Assembly: GCA_951406725.2 (NCBI GenBank)
Contig: OX597843.1
Location: 4,464,001 to 4,528,000, forward strand
Direction: 5' to 3'
Origin: Octopus vulgaris
Taxonomy: Eukaryota
DNA length: 64,000 bases
In this document: positions 60,565 to 64,000 of the stretch, one piece after another
Layout of the letters: each line of letters begins with the position of its first letter
How positions within the stretch are numbered: the stretch's first letter is position 1
Program-made: the position numbers and the translations under genes
The notes under the pieces: generated by a model
The model's database searches: none
Told to the model about the DNA's origin: nothing
What the model saw: the letters and a program-made list of their open reading frames with translations, nothing else

Positions 60565-63500
60565 ACTCGGTCAAAATTGAGTCTACTTAGTAAAGTTTTC
60601 AATTATACTCCCTAAAAACAGTCAAGTTTGAGAGGGCAATAAACAGAACAACTTTTGTTGGATCCGTTTTTATTAAATTTTTAACCCCTTCGATGTCATT
60701 CATCCAAATTCTATCAGTTATTCTCGTATGCGCCATGTGGGATCTTTATTTTTGGTTAAATATTTAAAAAATGTCAATAAAGAGAACAACTTAATTTTGT
60801 TGGATCCATTCTTATTATATTTCTAACCCCTTCGATGTCATCCATCCAAATTTTCTCAGTGATACTCGTATGCGCCATGTGGGATCTGGATTGTCTTTTA
60901 TGAGCGTCTGAACTACTTCGATGTCTGCAGAGCCAAGCCTTTACGAATCAGTACCAATTACACCCCCTTGCCTTCCGGACCGGCTAGGAGACATGATTTT
61001 CTCATAGTCATTCAGGAGGGGCTAGAAGGCTTGTAGACTGTCCAGCTTGGTCTCTGTAGCAACCATCACATGCATATCGTGTGATCTGAGGTCGTCGAGG
61101 AAACAAGCTTTTTTTTTTTTTGCTGGCTCATGCAGCTGGTTTGCTTCTTGAATTATTTCGACCAACATACTCGGTCAAAATTGATTCTTACATAGTAAAG
61201 TTTTCAATTATACTCCCTAAAAACAGTCAAATTTGAGAAGGCAATAAACAGAACAACTTTTGTTGGATCCATTTTTACGAGTCTTTCCACTCCTTTGATG
61301 TCACCCATCTAAATTTTATCAGTGATTCTCAGATGCGCCATGTGGGGTCTCAATTTTTGGTTAAATATTTATAAAAATGTCGATGATGAGGATTAGAGGA
61401 AAGAGGCAAAGAAAGAAATGAAATATTATGGACAAATTTATGTGGTTACTTAGCAACATTTCATATTGTGTATAAAATAATAAACAGTCGAATTTGAGAA
61501 GGCAATAAACAGAACAACTTTTGTTGGATCCTTTTTTATTAATTTTTTAACCCCTTTGATGTCATCCATCCAAGATTTTCTCAGTGATTCATTGAAAAGA
61601 AAGTTCATTTCTTCTTTTGAATCTTAAACACTAGCAGTTGTCCTCTGATGTTTGAGATTTGGTTGGGTAGAGAGATGCCAAGGACCTAAGACACTGCTGA
61701 TTGAATCCATAAGGTCAAAATAGCTTTTGACCTGACCCAATCAGCCGCCGTTGTGTACCTCGCACCCCAGTGGATAAACCTAAAATTTAGCAGGTATCCT
61801 ACCAACTCATTTTCTATATCAAAATTTCTTTTGACCCTACCCAATCAGCCGCCGGCAAAATTTTTACATTTAAGAGCCTGGCAGGGTCAACACCCAGACC
61901 CCAAAAGATAAGTATCTTCTATCCATTCAGTTTCTATTCAGGGTGGCAGCCCACACCCTCAGGCTTTTGTCAATTTTTGCCCACCATAGGTGGGGAGAAA
62001 CCAAATTAGGGTTATAGTCAAATTTTTGAGCCTCCGCATGGGTGTTGAAAAGCACACCCACCATTGTGTACCTCACACCCCAGTGGATAAACCTAAAATT
62101 TGGCTACTGCCACGAACTTTTTTGCTGGCTCATGCAGCTGGTTTGCTTCTTGAATTATTTCGACCAACATCCTCGGTCGAAATTGATTCTTACATAGTAA
62201 AGTTTTCAATTATACTCCCTAAAAACAGTCAAATTTGAGAAGGCAATAAACAGAACAACTTTTGTTGGATCCATTTTTACGAGTCTTTCCACTCCTTTGA
62301 TGTCACTCATCTAAATTTTATCAGTGATTCTCAGATGCGCCATGTGGGGTCTCAATTTTTGGTTAAATATTTATAAAAATGTCGATGATGAGGATTAGAG
62401 GAAAGAGGCAAAGAAAGAAATGAAATATTATGGACAAATTTATGTGGTTACTTAGCAACATTTCATATTCTGTATAAAATAATAAACAGTCAAATTTGAG
62501 AAGGCAATAAACAGAACAACTTTTGTTGGATCCTTTTTTATTAATTTTTTAACTCCTTCGATATCATTCATCCAAATTTTCTCAGTGTTTCTCGTATGCA
62601 CCATGTGGGATCTGGATTGTCTTTTATGAGCATCTGAACTCCTTCAATGTCACTGATCAAAATTTTCTCTGTGATTCATTGAAAAGAAAGTTTATTTCTT
62701 TTGAATCTTAAACACTAGCAGTTGTCCTCTGATGTTTGAGATTTGGTTGGGTAGAGAGATGCCAAGGTCCTAAGACACTGCTGATTGAGTCCATAAGGTG
62801 AAAATTGCTTTTGACCTGACACAATCAGCCGCCGTTGTGTACCTTGCACCCCAGTGGATAAACCTAAAATTTGGCAGGTATCCTACCAACTCGTTTTCTA
62901 TATCAAAATTGCTTTTGACCCTACCCAATCAAACGCTGGCCAAATTTTTACATTTAAGAGCCTTGCATGGTCACCACCCAGACCCCAAAAGATGGGTATC
63001 TTCTATCCATTCGGTTTCTATTCCGGGTGACAGCCCACACCCTCAGGCGCTTGTCAATTTTTGCCCACCATAGGTGGGGAGAAACCAAATTAGGGTTATA
63101 GTCAAATTTTTGAGCCTCCGCAGGGGTGTCGAAAAGCACACCCACCGTTGTGTACCTCGCACCCCAGTGGATAAACCTAAAATTTGGCTACTGCCGCGAA
63201 CTTTTTTGCTGGCTCATCCAGCTGGTTTGCTTCTTGAATTATTTCGACCAACATACTCGGTCAAAATTGATTCTTACATTGTAAAGTTTTCAATTATACT
63301 CCCTAAAAACAGTCAAATTTGAGGAGGCAATAAACAACAACTTTTGTTGGATCCTTTTTTATTAAATTTTTAACCCCTTCAATGTCATCCATCCAAATTT
63401 TCTCAGTGATTCTCGTATGCGCCATGTGGGATCTGGATTGTCTTTTATGAGCGTCTGAACTCCTTCGATGTCTGCAGAGCCAAGCCTTTACGAATCAGTA

Positions 63501-64000
63501 CCAATTACACCCCCTTGCCTTCCGGACCGGCTAGGAGACATGATTTTCTCATAGTCATTCAGGAGGGGCTAGAAGGCTTGTAGACTGTCCAGCTTGGTCT
63601 CTGTAGCAACCATCACATGCATATCGTGTGATCTGAGGTCGTCGAGGAAACAAGCTTTTTTTTTTGCTTGCTCATGCAGCTGGTTTGCTTCTTGAATTAT
63701 TTCGACCAACATACTCGGTCGAAATTGATTCTCACATAATAAAGTTTTCAATTATACTCCCTAAAAACGGTCAAATTTGAGAAGGCAATAAACAGAACAA
63801 CTTTTGTTGGATCCATTTTTACGAGTCTTTCCACTCCTTTGATGTCACTCATCTAAATTTTATCAGTGATTCTCAGATGTGCCATGTGGGATCTCAATTT
63901 TTGGTTAAATATTTATAAAAATGTCAATGATGAGGATTAGAGGAAAGAGGCAAAGAAAGAAATGAAATATTATGGACAAATTTATGTGGTTACTTAGCAA
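60540..64000. repeat. Complex higher-order repeat of LINE-fragment cassettes, runs off window end
   Basis: About 1.09-kb (61588 vs 62675) and about 2.55-kb (60901 vs 63448) periodicities. Confidence 0.85.

Overview
Eukaryotic, AT-rich, very repeat-dense DNA. The SINE/LINE repertoire and (TA)n load look like a coleoid cephalopod (Octopus-like); this is an inference from remembered repeat sequences, not a search. One host gene can be built by hand: a + strand, 16-exon Jade/PHF17/rhinoceros-family chromatin reader (EPC-N region, PHD-Zn knuckle-PHD 'PZP' domain, JADE domain II, long disordered tail), CDS about 13789..46944, 3540 nt = 1179 aa, with consistent GT-AG phases; only the 16-nt first coding exon is tentative. 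The rest is mostly mobile DNA: three tRNA-derived SINE families, CR1-, RTE- and Tx1/L1-like LINE pieces, Tigger/Tc1/piggyBac/MULE/Harbinger-like MITEs, Helitron-like elements and a Crypton-like tyrosine-recombinase remnant. Two patterns stand out. (1) Retroelement fragments have repeatedly been amplified into tandem arrays (about 123, 330, 103, 174, 171, 89 and 67 bp units); one array has TTAGGG at every junction and one lies inside a single TSD-bounded insertion. (2) From about 52.1 kb to the window end there is a patchwork of short fragments from many unrelated transposons, butted end to end, and every piece I could orient is on the minus strand, antisense to Jade transcription. This is the architecture expected of a uni-strand piRNA-cluster-like transposon trap, but it is untested. 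Repeat coordinates are read by eye and may be off by a few bases.
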